This document shows positions 55,441 through 64,000 of a stretch of 64,000 nucleotides of DNA, one piece after another; positions within the stretch are counted from its first letter, which is position 1, and each line of letters opens with the position of its first letter. The stretch is from Chloroflexota bacterium. Lineage in GTDB: Bacteria > Chloroflexota > UBA11872 > VXNJ01. The notes beneath the pieces were generated by a model. That model was not told where the DNA came from and did not search any database. It was given only the letters and a program-made list of their open reading frames with translations. Position numbers and translations under genes: made by a program. The DNA is taken from NCBI GenBank assembly GCA_965217845.1, contig OZ244573.1:560456-624455 (forward strand), written 5' to 3'.

Positions 55441-55908
55441 ATGCCCCGCGTGGTCGGGTGCGGCCGGCCACATTTGGCCGTCGCCTTGGCACTGCTGGCG
55501 CTGCTCTTGATCGGCGCCTGCAACGGCCAGGGTGCCGAGCATCTAGAGATTGTGGATTCGTCTGCGAGCATTACCGCCACGGTACCCGACTCTGAACTGT
55601 CTGCCGCCGCGATTGCGGGCGAGCAACGATTCGCCGCCACCTGCGCCGCTTGCCATGGACCCGACGCCGGCGGCACCAATCTGGGCCCGCCGCTGATCGA
55701 CCGCATCTATCATCCGGGCCACCATCCCGATTTCAGCATCCGCAACGCAGTGAACCTAGGGGTGCGCCAGCATCATTGGACCTTCGGCGACATGCCGCCG
55801 GTCTCCGGCGTGTCCCTCCAGGACGTGGAAGCGATCATCTGCTTCGTACGGGAGGCCCAACTCGCCAACGGGATATTCCTGGAAAGCGAGTACCAGCTGG
55901 CCTGTTGA
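55441..55908 (+). CDS. class I c-type cytochrome, predicted lipoprotein
   Basis: Signal plus lipobox LLLIGAC, haem motif CAACHG and distal FGDMPP. ATG at 55441. Confidence 0.75.
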   Translation: MPRVVGCGRPHLAVALALLALLLIGACNGQGAEHLEIVDSSASITATVPDSELSAAAIAGEQRFAATCAACHGPDAGGTNLGPPLIDRIYHPGHHPDFSIRNAVNLGVRQHHWTFGDMPPVSGVSLQDVEAIICFVREAQLANGIFLESEYQLAC

Positions 55909-56098
55909 AGCCATCGGATTCAATCGGCAATGGTCCGCCGCCGCCGCCCTTGATCCGACTCTGGCTGGCTGTGTCAATTCGTTACGCAAAGTCGGGTTCA
56001 GTTACGATTGGAACCGAGGTTGACAGGCATCGGTTGCGTGAAGTGAAAAGCGCGCCGAATCGCTCGGGGTGCGTGCCCGGGCGACAGCCGAGGGAGGG

Positions 56099-57862
56099 AT
56101 GCTGACGGCGACCACCAAAACTAGGCGTCCCCGCTACGAGGCGGAAGAGTCTCCGCCGTTACTCTCCAGCATCGGGCTCGGGCTCCAGTTCAGTCTCATC
56201 GCCTCGGCCACCCTGCTGGTGACCCCGGTGATCGTCGCCCAGGCCTCCGGACGCGGCGACGCCTACGTTGACTGGATGGTGTTCGCATCGCTTGTAGTGG
56301 TGGGGTTAACCACGCTGTTGCAGGTACGCCGACTGGCGATGGTGGGTGCCGGTGCGGTGCTGCCGATGTTCACGGCGGCTTTTTCGATCCCCTTCTGCAT
56401 CACCGCCGTAGTCGATGGTGGTCCGGGGACGCTGACGGCGCTGATGCTGGTGGCGGCGGTGCTGCAGATAGTGATATCGCGCTGGTTGTTCATCCTGCGA
56501 CGGATCGTGACTCCGACCGTAAGCGGGACCGTGATGATGATCCTTTCCATCACGCTCGCCTACGTGGTCTTTGGTCTGCTGGACGTTGCCTCGGCCGAGG
56601 AACCGGTAGCGGCCCCTATTACCGCGTTGGCAACACTGTTAATAGTCGGGGCGTTAACCATGCGCGGGAATGCGGTCTTGCAGCTCTGGGCGCCGGTCAT
56701 CGCAATCGTCGCCGGCTGCCTGGTCGCGGCGGCATTTGGAATCTACGATACCGACCGGGTGCTGGCGGCGCCCTGGATCGGGATCCCCAGTTCTTGGCCT
56801 GGCCTTTCGCTGTCGTTTGGAATCCCGTTTTTGACCCTGCTGCCGGCATTTCTTTTCCTCGGCGTAATCATTTCGATCCAGGTCAATGGCGCGGCGATCG
56901 CCCAACAGCGGGTGGCCTGGCGCAAGTCGCAGGCGGTCAATTTCCGTGGCGTCCAGGGAGCCTTGGCCAGCGCCGGGGCCGGCAATGCGTTGGCCGGACT
57001 GGCCGGCACGGTGCCCAACATCGTCAATCCCGCGATTGTGCCCTTTACTCAAATCACCGGGGTGGCCGCCAAGCGGGTCGGATACTGCATCGGCATCACC
57101 CTTATCGCGGCGGCTTTTCTGCCAAAGCTCTCGGGGTTTCTCAGTTCCATTCCCGGCCCGGTAATGACCGGTTACCTGGTCATGATCACCGGTTCGCTAT
57201 TCGTTGACGGCGCCCGAACGGTTATCCAAACCGAGCGCGATCGGCAGAAGCTGCTGGTAGCGGGGGTCTCCTTCTGGATAGGGGCCGCGTTCCAGTTCGG
57301 CCTGTTCAGCCTGCCGAACCTGGGTTCGGTGCTAAACACCATGCTCAAAAGCGGCGTGACCACCGGCGGCCTGACCGCGATGGCGGCAGTGGTGTTCCTG
57401 GAATTGACCAGTCAGCGCCGGATGCGCTTTGAATCGCGCCTGCACATCGACTCGTTGCCGGAGTTGAACGAATTCATCGACGAGTTCGCCCGCCGACGGG
57501 GCTGGGGGGAGCCGATGCGACAGCGTCTCGGAGCGGTTGCCGAGGAAACGCTGCTGACCCTGGCGCCGCTGGATCTGGAGGCTCCGCTCTCGCTCGACCC
57601 CGAACCCGAGGATGAAGAACCGCGGCGCCTCGTGGTACTGGCCAATAGCGAGGGCGCGGTGGCGGACCTGGAATTCATCGGCGGCGGCAACGAGGAGAAC
57701 CTCGAAGACCAGATCAGCCAGCTGCAGCTGCACGACGAGGAATCGCCGCTCGATCAGGAGATTTCGCTGCGCCTGCTGCGGCGCTACGCAACCTCGGTCC
57801 AGCACCAGCAGTACCACGACAAAGACGTGATTACGGTGCAAGTTGACGATCCGGCGCCGTGA
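56099..57862 (+). CDS. NCS2 (uracil/xanthine permease)-like transporter with about 150-aa acidic cytoplasmic C-terminal domain
   Basis: GLGLQFSLIASATLLVTPVIV resembles the NCS2 N-terminal motif. Has 12-14 TM helices. ATG at 56099 after GAGGGAGGG. The C-terminal soluble extension starts near 57414. Confidence 0.6.
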   Translation: MLTATTKTRRPRYEAEESPPLLSSIGLGLQFSLIASATLLVTPVIVAQASGRGDAYVDWMVFASLVVVGLTTLLQVRRLAMVGAGAVLPMFTAAFSIPFCITAVVDGGPGTLTALMLVAAVLQIVISRWLFILRRIVTPTVSGTVMMILSITLAYVVFGLLDVASAEEPVAAPITALATLLIVGALTMRGNAVLQLWAPVIAIVAGCLVAAAFGIYDTDRVLAAPWIGIPSSWPGLSLSFGIPFLTLLPAFLFLGVIISIQVNGAAIAQQRVAWRKSQAVNFRGVQGALASAGAGNALAGLAGTVPNIVNPAIVPFTQITGVAAKRVGYCIGITLIAAAFLPKLSGFLSSIPGPVMTGYLVMITGSLFVDGARTVIQTERDRQKLLVAGVSFWIGAAFQFGLFSLPNLGSVLNTMLKSGVTTGGLTAMAAVVFLELTSQRRMRFESRLHIDSLPELNEFIDEFARRRGWGEPMRQRLGAVAEETLLTLAPLDLEAPLSLDPEPEDEEPRRLVVLANSEGAVADLEFIGGGNEENLEDQISQLQLHDEESPLDQEISLRLLRRYATSVQHQQYHDKDVITVQVDDPAP

Positions 57863-58073
57863 CCGGGCTTGGATTGACACGCAACTGCCACCGCTTGCTC
57901 AGTTCACGCGCGAACACCCCGATCGCTTCGTTGCAGTTTTGGCGGGCGCCCGCCGATCGGGCCGGCCGGAACGGGTCCGCCGCCCGCCCTGGAGCATTCG
58001 GCAGCTCCCCACCCCGGGGCGGATACTGGAACGCATACGGGCAATCTGACCGCCGATCGCGCACCCGCTGGAG

Positions 58074-58961
58074 TTGATCATGGCCTTCACCCACCCCGAT
58101 CTCTTGGTTTCGACCGATTGGCTGGCCGAATATCTTTCCGATGAAAACGTCCGCGTATTCGAGTCCACCGTCTTCCTGGGATTCCGCGATGGGGGCGGAT
58201 ATCTGATCGAGTCGGGGCGGGCGGCCTATGACGCGGGCCACATTCCCGGCGCGGGATTCCTGGATCTGCAGGACGACTTTTCCGACAATGCCCAGCAGCT
58301 GCGTTTCATGATGCCGTCGGCGCAGGATTTTGCCGCCGCCGCCGGAGGCCACGGGATCTCCGAAACGTCGAAGCTGATCCTCTACGATCGCGCCGGCTCG
58401 CAGTGGGCGGCGCGTCTGTGGTGGATGTTTCGCTCCATGGGCTGTGCCAACGCGGCGGTCCTGGACGGGGGCTGGGTGCGCTGGGTTGCCGAAGGCCGCC
58501 CCGTTGCAACCGCCGCGCCCGACTATGCTCCCACCACATTCAATCCGATGCCCGATTCGGCCCGGTTTGCCGACCTTGACGAAATCAAGTCGTTCCTCGA
58601 GACCGGCGGCCGCGGCGACAGCTGTCTTATCAACGCCCTTGCCCTTGAGCAACACTCCGGCGCCGACGGCGGACGCCGCTATGGGCGTGCCGGACACATC
58701 CCCGGATCGACCAACGTGCCGTCGGTGGCGCTGATTGACCCCGCGACCGGCCTCTACCGCCCGGCCGAGGATTTGGCGAAGATGTTTGTCGAAGCGGGCG
58801 CCGACAAGGGCCAGCGGGTCCTTCTCTATTGCGGCGGCGGTATCGCTGCGTCCAACGACGCCCTGGCGCTTTCCTTGCTCGGTTACCAAGACGTGGCGGT
58901 CTATGACGGATCGATGTCAGAGTACGCCGCCGATCCTTCATTGCCGCTGGTGGTCGACTGA
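58074..58961 (+). CDS. tandem-rhodanese sulfurtransferase (thiosulfate/3-mercaptopyruvate type)
   Basis: Two rhodanese repeats, with the catalytic loop LLYCGGGIAAS in the second. Confidence 0.8.
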   Translation: MIMAFTHPDLLVSTDWLAEYLSDENVRVFESTVFLGFRDGGGYLIESGRAAYDAGHIPGAGFLDLQDDFSDNAQQLRFMMPSAQDFAAAAGGHGISETSKLILYDRAGSQWAARLWWMFRSMGCANAAVLDGGWVRWVAEGRPVATAAPDYAPTTFNPMPDSARFADLDEIKSFLETGGRGDSCLINALALEQHSGADGGRRYGRAGHIPGSTNVPSVALIDPATGLYRPAEDLAKMFVEAGADKGQRVLLYCGGGIAASNDALALSLLGYQDVAVYDGSMSEYAADPSLPLVVD

Positions 58962-59020
58962 CCAACGGCCCCGGGACCGGTTAAGACGCCGGCTCCCGCA
59001 TACCGGAACCACGGCCGCGG

Positions 59021-59752
59021 TTAGCTGCGGCGTACCGTGGTTGCGGCCAGGGCCATGAGCACGATTGCGAACCCGGCCAGGACGGCCAACTCCCAGGAGA
59101 TCCCGGCCAAATCCTCGCCTTCCAGCATCAGCGCCTTGAGTCCGTCGACGGCGTAAGTTAAAGGCAGTACCTTGCCGACGGCCTGGAAATATCCGGGGAG
59201 TTGCTCGCTGGGCAGGACGGCGCCTGAAAGAAATATCTGCGGCAGCAGTATCACTGGAATGAACTGAACGACCTGGAACTCATTGCGGGCGAACGTGGAG
59301 ATGAAGATGCCGAGGTTCACGGCCACGAGGGTAACGAGGACCAGCAGCACGAAGATCTGCCACAGCGAGCCCTGGTACTCGACCTGGAGAGCGTAGATCG
59401 TGTAAAGCAGGATGACGACCGACTGGATTCCCGCAAACAGCAGGAACCCGAGAAGATAACCGGCCAATATGTCCGCCCGCCCGACCGGGGTCGTAAGCAA
59501 CCGTTCGATGGTGCCCTGGGCCCTCTCCCGCAGGAAACTCACCCCGGTGAGCAGGAAAACGAAGAAGAGCGCGAACGCCCCGATCAAGCCAGGGGCGGCG
59601 CGATTGAGGATTTGGCGCTCGTCGGCGAACGAGAACCCGACCAGCGACATCACGACGACGGGCGCGACGATGATCAGCGCCAGGGAGCGGCGATCGCGCA
59701 CCATCTGTTGGATGATCCGCAGGGCGATGGCCAGCGTCCGGTCAATGCTCAT
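59021..59752 (-). CDS. ABC-2 type transporter permease
   Basis: The ATG at 59752 (MSIDRTLAIALRII) overlaps the ATPase stop (ATGA). Six hydrophobic helices. The ORF-track N-terminal extension overlaps the ATPase gene and is rejected. Confidence 0.75.
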   Translation of the reverse strand: MSIDRTLAIALRIIQQMVRDRRSLALIIVAPVVVMSLVGFSFADERQILNRAAPGLIGAFALFFVFLLTGVSFLRERAQGTIERLLTTPVGRADILAGYLLGFLLFAGIQSVVILLYTIYALQVEYQGSLWQIFVLLVLVTLVAVNLGIFISTFARNEFQVVQFIPVILLPQIFLSGAVLPSEQLPGYFQAVGKVLPLTYAVDGLKALMLEGEDLAGISWELAVLAGFAIVLMALAATTVRRS

Positions 59753-60504
59753 GTTTGTCCGCCCTGCCTGACAAAGTGCAGGAACGCGTCTTCCAGAGTC
59801 GCGTCTCCGCCGCCGGCCGCCGCCCGCAACTGATCGGGAGTTCCCAGGGCGACGACGCGGCCTTCCTGAATGAAGGCCAGCCGATGGCAGTGGGCAGCGT
59901 CGTCCATCGTATGGCTGGAGATGATCAGCGTGGTACCGGCGGCCGACATTTCGGCGAAGTTTTGCCAGAAGGAAGCTCTGAGTTCCGGATCGAGCCCCAC
60001 CGTGGGTTCGTCCAATATCAGCAGTTCGGGTTCGTGCACGAGTGCGACGGCGAGGCTGACGCGCTGGCGCATGCCGCCGCTCAGTTTGGTCAAAGGATCC
60101 CTCTGGCGCCCGCTCAGATCCACCCATTCCAGGGCCCGGTCCACGGCCTTACGGCGTTCGGTGGTCCGCGCCAGCCCGTACATCCGGGCGAAGAAGTTCA
60201 CGTTCTGGCGCGCGGACAGCTCCTGGTACAGGGCGCTCTGCTGCGGCATGTAGCCGATGCGGCCGTTGCTACGGGAAGAGGGTTGCTCGCCGAATACCCT
60301 AACCGAGCCCGAGGAGGGTTTCTGTAGGCCTACGAGCAATCGCAGAAGGGTCGTTTTGCCGGCGCCGTTGGCGCCGAGAATGCCGAAGACCTCCGACTGA
60401 TTGACCGCCAGCGTGAGCCTTCTGAGGACGTCCAGTTGGCCGTAGCTGAACTCGACGTCGCTGGCACTAATGACCTGCGTCATTGCTTCCGATCGATCAT
60501 GCAT
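59749..60504 (-). CDS. ABC transporter ATP-binding protein
   Basis: Walker A GANGAGKTT, signature LSGGMRQR and Walker B LLILDEPT. Alternative ATG at 60483. Confidence 0.9.
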   Translation of the reverse strand: MHDRSEAMTQVISASDVEFSYGQLDVLRRLTLAVNQSEVFGILGANGAGKTTLLRLLVGLQKPSSGSVRVFGEQPSSRSNGRIGYMPQQSALYQELSARQNVNFFARMYGLARTTERRKAVDRALEWVDLSGRQRDPLTKLSGGMRQRVSLAVALVHEPELLILDEPTVGLDPELRASFWQNFAEMSAAGTTLIISSHTMDDAAHCHRLAFIQEGRVVALGTPDQLRAAAGGGDATLEDAFLHFVRQGGQT

Positions 60505-60911
60505 TCAAATCGTAATCGCCGGCGGAAATGCGTAACGCAGGTTCATGCCCCGCACCCCGCCAGGATTCCGCCTTCCCAATTCAACCCTGACCGCCAGGTT
60601 TGGAAAGACCGGTAAGGCCCCGGAGGAGTTCGCCGAGAAAAGCAAACGCGCAATCTGCGCTCGGGGCTGCCCCGGAGCGTCGGGATCGATGGAGGGCCTG
60701 GGCGACACCATCGCCTCGGCGCATGGATCGGCGGCGCAATTTGGCCCCGGACTGACGAGATCATCGGTGGATCGATGATTGCCGGCGCAATACGTGCAAG
60801 GACTGGAACCACCAGCCAAGTTGCACAACGCAAATCGTCGTCGTGGAGCGTCTTGGATCAATCTTCGCGGCCGCCGTCTTCGGCGAAAGTCCAACTTCTG
60901 GCAAGATCAAC

Positions 60912-62000
60912 TCATCGCGCGACGCCAATGGTCAGCGAAACCACGTAGCCGCTCCCGTTCTCGGTCACATGTCCCAGCAGAGCGCGATCTGCCGGATCGC
61001 CGTTCAGGACCCGATCGTTCGCATTCTTAGTCCTGCCGGGGTCTCGAGCAGAGTACGGCTCTGCCAAGAACACGGCGTCGGAAACATCATCGGGAAAGTA
61101 CAGCTGCGAAGCTACGAAACTGCGTTCATCGGCATAGGCCTTGAAGTGGATGTGAACGGTCCGGCCCGGATACCATCCCGGGTAAATGGTTTCGAACTCG
61201 ACGAGGCCGTTGGCGTCGGTGATTTGCGTTCCGCGCAAGAAGGTCTCGCCCGAGGTGTCGGTGCCGTGGTCGCCCGGTCTGGGATAGCCCGAATACTGTC
61301 CTGCCGCATCGGGGTGCCAGATGTCCAAGAACGCGCCGCTGATCGGCTCGCACGACCCCGCCTCCACCAATCGGAGCGCGACTAGCAGCGACGCCCCCTG
61401 CTTGCCCTCGGTGATATCACGGCGGACGTGGCCGGTTTCAAAGTAAAACGGCCCTTCGGTCTGCTGGGGGTTCAATTGACAGACGGGTTGGGCAATCGTG
61501 GCGGGCGCGACGGCATTGGATTCGGGTTCCCCAGGAAGTTCAGCGGGCCCGCTGCTGTCAACCGCGGTGCTGGGGAGCTCTTGGACCGCGGCGGCGGCGG
61601 GACGGCTGGGCCCGCGCCCAGCGGGGTCGATTGCCGGGGTGGCGGAGCTGCCCGGGGGTTCCGGGACCGCGGCGGCGGGATCGGTCACGGTCGGGGCGCT
61701 GTTGCTGGCAGAATCCGGGGAACTGTTCTTGGGCACTTGAACCGGGGTTGCAGCGGGAGGACTCGCCCTGCTTGGAAAGGCGTCGAAACCGGGGGCCGGG
61801 GCGGTGGAGCCGCAGGACGCCATCGCCAAGAACGAGGTCAGCAAGAGTGCAATCGCCAATGCCCTGACGGCGCTCACCGGCCCTTCATGCTCGTCGCTGG
61901 CAGAAAAATCCGGCGGCCGAACTGACACTACCGCTGGGTAAACGCGACGAAGGGCGATGAGGGATTTCTTGCGGGGGAGGCTGTTTCCGGCGGCCCGCAT
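60912..62000 (-). CDS. intradiol ring-cleavage dioxygenase-like protein, predicted lipoprotein with Pro/Ala/Ser-rich linker
   Basis: TEGPFYFE and YPGRTVHIHFK motifs. Signal plus lipobox LAMASCGS. Probable GTG start at 61877. Confidence 0.7.
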   Translation of the reverse strand: MRAAGNSLPRKKSLIALRRVYPAVVSVRPPDFSASDEHEGPVSAVRALAIALLLTSFLAMASCGSTAPAPGFDAFPSRASPPAATPVQVPKNSSPDSASNSAPTVTDPAAAVPEPPGSSATPAIDPAGRGPSRPAAAAVQELPSTAVDSSGPAELPGEPESNAVAPATIAQPVCQLNPQQTEGPFYFETGHVRRDITEGKQGASLLVALRLVEAGSCEPISGAFLDIWHPDAAGQYSGYPRPGDHGTDTSGETFLRGTQITDANGLVEFETIYPGWYPGRTVHIHFKAYADERSFVASQLYFPDDVSDAVFLAEPYSARDPGRTKNANDRVLNGDPADRALLGHVTENGSGYVVSLTIGVAR

Positions 62001-62281
62001 CCGTGGTCTACGAGACTCGGGTGGTGGGCCGTAGCGAACTGAACTGCGAACTTTTCGCTGGGAGGTCAGGTTATAGGCTCAGCAGAGAAGGAGGTTGCCC
62101 CCGACGCCTCAGGCGATGGCACACCCTTCAGACAAGACTTGTGCCTGCTCCAGCACTGTCCGCGTCGCTTTTTCCTGCTTGCCCGGTGGGTAACCCGTGC
62201 CTGCACAGAATACGGCGCACCACGACGCGGAGGTGGGCTTGGACATTCTCGCGAGGCGTCCAATTGAATCGAGAAGGTCTC

Positions 62282-62809
62282 TTACTCGTACCAGCCCGAG
62301 CCGATGATGAGCCCGTCGTGGCGCACCGCCCAGGAGTGTTTGATTCCCTCCTCGCCAGTGGCGGGGTTGATGAAGACGTAGTCCACCCAGCGCCCGGCAT
62401 CGGAGACCTCCAATTCCGAGAACTTTGTCCCGTCAACGGTGTTGCCTAATTCATCGATATGCTTGCCCAGCAGGGATGGGTCCCGGTGGGCTATAACCTG
62501 GTCGTTCTCATCGACGACGAAGACATACCAGGCCCCGTCCACGCTTTCCGGCGTGTTGTAGTACTGCACCGCTCCCGTTCTGCCGTGGGCCTTGTAGTAA
62601 CGGATTGCCCGGTCCACCACGGCCACCGTGTACTCGGCAGGGTCGGCCTTGGTGACGCCCAGGGGCGAACCGGGCAGGACCTGCGCGTCAGGCCGGGAGA
62701 CCAAGGCGATGATGGAGACAACCAGCGCGACGACTGCCAGAGCTATCGCCAACCCACCGAGAAGCAATCCGTTGCGCGTTCTGTGCCTCCAATCAACCGT
62801 GAGTATCAA
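62282..62809 (-). CDS. membrane-anchored stand-alone Cache-like domain protein (paralog of 53504-54019)
   Basis: One TM, then WYVFVVDENDQVIAH ... GRWVDYVFINPATG ... LIIGSGWYE. About half of aligned positions match the other copy by eye. Confidence 0.6.
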   Translation of the reverse strand: MILTVDWRHRTRNGLLLGGLAIALAVVALVVSIIALVSRPDAQVLPGSPLGVTKADPAEYTVAVVDRAIRYYKAHGRTGAVQYYNTPESVDGAWYVFVVDENDQVIAHRDPSLLGKHIDELGNTVDGTKFSELEVSDAGRWVDYVFINPATGEEGIKHSWAVRHDGLIIGSGWYE

Positions 62810-63098
62810 AGACTTCGGGTTAGGCGTCTATTCCGTCGACGGGAGGCGACCCCGCGTTATCTCTACGGCCCCCATTGTCGACTACGTTTCCGTGAAGAAA
62901 AGACCGGCCATGATCAACGTCAATTACTCTGTCCGGTCCCGTTGCCCCACCAAAAAATGTAATTGAAGATCCTGCGCATTTATTCGGCCCCGATTGGGGC
63001 GACCTCGCGCACGATTTCGGCGCCCAATTCGGCATCGCCGGATCCGTTGACGACTCCGTATACAAGCTCTCGGGCCATAACTGATCGCCACTGCTTGA

Positions 63099-63299
63099 GT
63101 CGCCGCTGGGGAGGCGAGCGCGCTTCTCTCGGAAAAGCGTCAGTTCGATAGCGCCGACACCATCGCCACCTTCGCCGCCGAGATGAGCGAATTCCTCAAG
63201 GCCAGCGAGCTGACCGAGTCCAGGGCCTTCGTCCACTCCTTCGTCAAGGAGGTCCGGGTCGAGCCCTGCAAGGCCACCATCATCTACTCAATACCGCTC
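63099..63299 (+). pseudogene. C-terminal remnant of a large serine recombinase
   Basis: The open frame reads FDSADTIATFAAEMSEFLKASELTESRAFVHSFVKEVRVEPCKATIIYSIPL. This matches the extreme C-terminus pattern of recombinase-family proteins (xxxRKAFIRSFVKEIxVxxxEaxLxYTIPL) as I remember it. No catalytic N-terminal domain lies upstream, and there is an in-frame stop at 63096. Confidence 0.45.
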
Positions 63300-63369
63300 G
63301 GAATACTTGTGGCGCTGCTACCCGCGAGGCGCCACCTCCTGCGCCGTCAGTTGTGCCGCTCAGGTCCGC

Positions 63370-63930
63370 CTAAAGCCACTGTTTCTGGCCGGTAACGTAG
63401 ATACTCTGGAAGTCTTCGTCGGACTTGGTCAGATAGACAATACCTTCCAACAGCCCAAGCACACCGGCCGCCATCAGAGCCATATATCCAATCGCGTACA
63501 GCAAAAACCCAATGAATACGCCAATGCCGAAAATCCCCAAAGCTATGAATATATTGCCCACAACCATAGCCAACACCAAGCCGCCGCCGCCAACTGCCAG
63601 CTGTATTGTTGCGGGCTTCTTGATGCCCAGGTAGAACTTGTGGACGCCGGCCCAACCAAGGAATATCGCCAGCAGCCTGGCAACCACCTTGGTCTTCTCG
63701 GAGCCCATCACGCCCTCAAGGGCGCCGCCAATCCCGGCGCCGGAGGCCGACACAGCACGGTAGGTGGCTACGGCATCGCCGCCCTGCGCCTCGAAATCCA
63801 CCCGCATTCCCCGGTTGGGAACGGCCTGGTCTTTCCATTCGGCCCCAACGAAGCTGTATCGGTTGCCGTCATCCCCCGCGATCAATCCCGAGTTGGTTTG
63901 AGGGGAGTAATCCAAATTCTGTCCATTCAT
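63370..63930 (-). CDS. TM2 domain-containing membrane protein with N-terminal soluble domain
   Basis: GWAGVHKFYLG TM2 motif plus further helices. Strong RBS AAGGGAGGA. GC content is lower than the rest of the window by eye. Confidence 0.7.
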   Translation of the reverse strand: MNGQNLDYSPQTNSGLIAGDDGNRYSFVGAEWKDQAVPNRGMRVDFEAQGGDAVATYRAVSASGAGIGGALEGVMGSEKTKVVARLLAIFLGWAGVHKFYLGIKKPATIQLAVGGGGLVLAMVVGNIFIALGIFGIGVFIGFLLYAIGYMALMAAGVLGLLEGIVYLTKSDEDFQSIYVTGQKQWL

Positions 63931-64000
63931 TCCAAAGTCCTCCCTTTCCTGCTGGGCTGCTGGGACCTGACGGGTTTTCGCGGCTGACTATGGCTCTATG

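Noticed and set aside
62820-63236. 138-aa minus-strand ORF between the Cache paralog and the TM2 gene
   Set aside because: It is antisense to the recombinase-like remnant frame, has no recognisable motifs and no RBS. It is more likely non-coding scar sequence.
1-64000. Search by eye for CRISPR arrays, rRNA, tRNA, tmRNA, IS elements or long non-coding direct repeats
   Set aside because: None were recognised. The only regular repeat is the coding DRGG repeat in pnp. Intergenic regions over 100 bp were inspected and none shows tRNA-like cloverleaf hallmarks. tRNAscan and Infernal would be needed for certainty.

Overview
High-GC, densely coding bacterial chromosomal segment, mostly housekeeping genes; phylum cannot be assigned from the sequence alone. 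The synteny rpsO-pnp ... dapB-asd-dapA-udg-rnj-ftsK looks Actinobacteria/Terrabacteria-like. Left third: PQQ sugar dehydrogenase, MFS and EamA transporters, glyA, a penicillin-acylase-family protein, an SbcD/SbcC-like (YhaO/YhaN-type) pair, aldo/keto reductase, 3-hydroxyacyl-CoA dehydrogenase, sulfatase, GH127, nitroreductase. Middle: a nitrogen locus (glnB-amt, zinc-ribbon ORF, glnA), a long minus-strand run (SLC13 permease-holB-PSP1-SH3-alaX-ileS), then rpsO, pnp, the lysine-branch genes, RNase J, FtsK, trxA and leuS. Right fifth (about 49.5-64 kb) looks more accessory: sulfite-oxidase-like enzyme, ICMT-like methyltransferase, small membrane proteins, two paralogous stand-alone Cache-like proteins, a membrane protein plus wHTH regulator operon, cytochrome c lipoprotein, NCS2-like permease with an extra C-terminal domain, rhodanese, ABC-2 exporter, intradiol-dioxygenase-like lipoprotein, a serine-recombinase C-terminal remnant and a TM2 protein. 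No rRNA, tRNA, CRISPR array or intact mobile element was recognised by eye. Many long ORFs in the six-frame track are antisense artefacts of high GC. I do not see a convincing novel multi-gene system. The best leads are the RGG/DRGG repeat tail on PNPase, the transmembrane hairpin inside the Rad50-like ATPase, the output-less Cache paralogs with a nearby operator-like palindrome, and a terminator-like hairpin just upstream of glnA. All functional calls rest on remembered family motifs, since no searches could be run.
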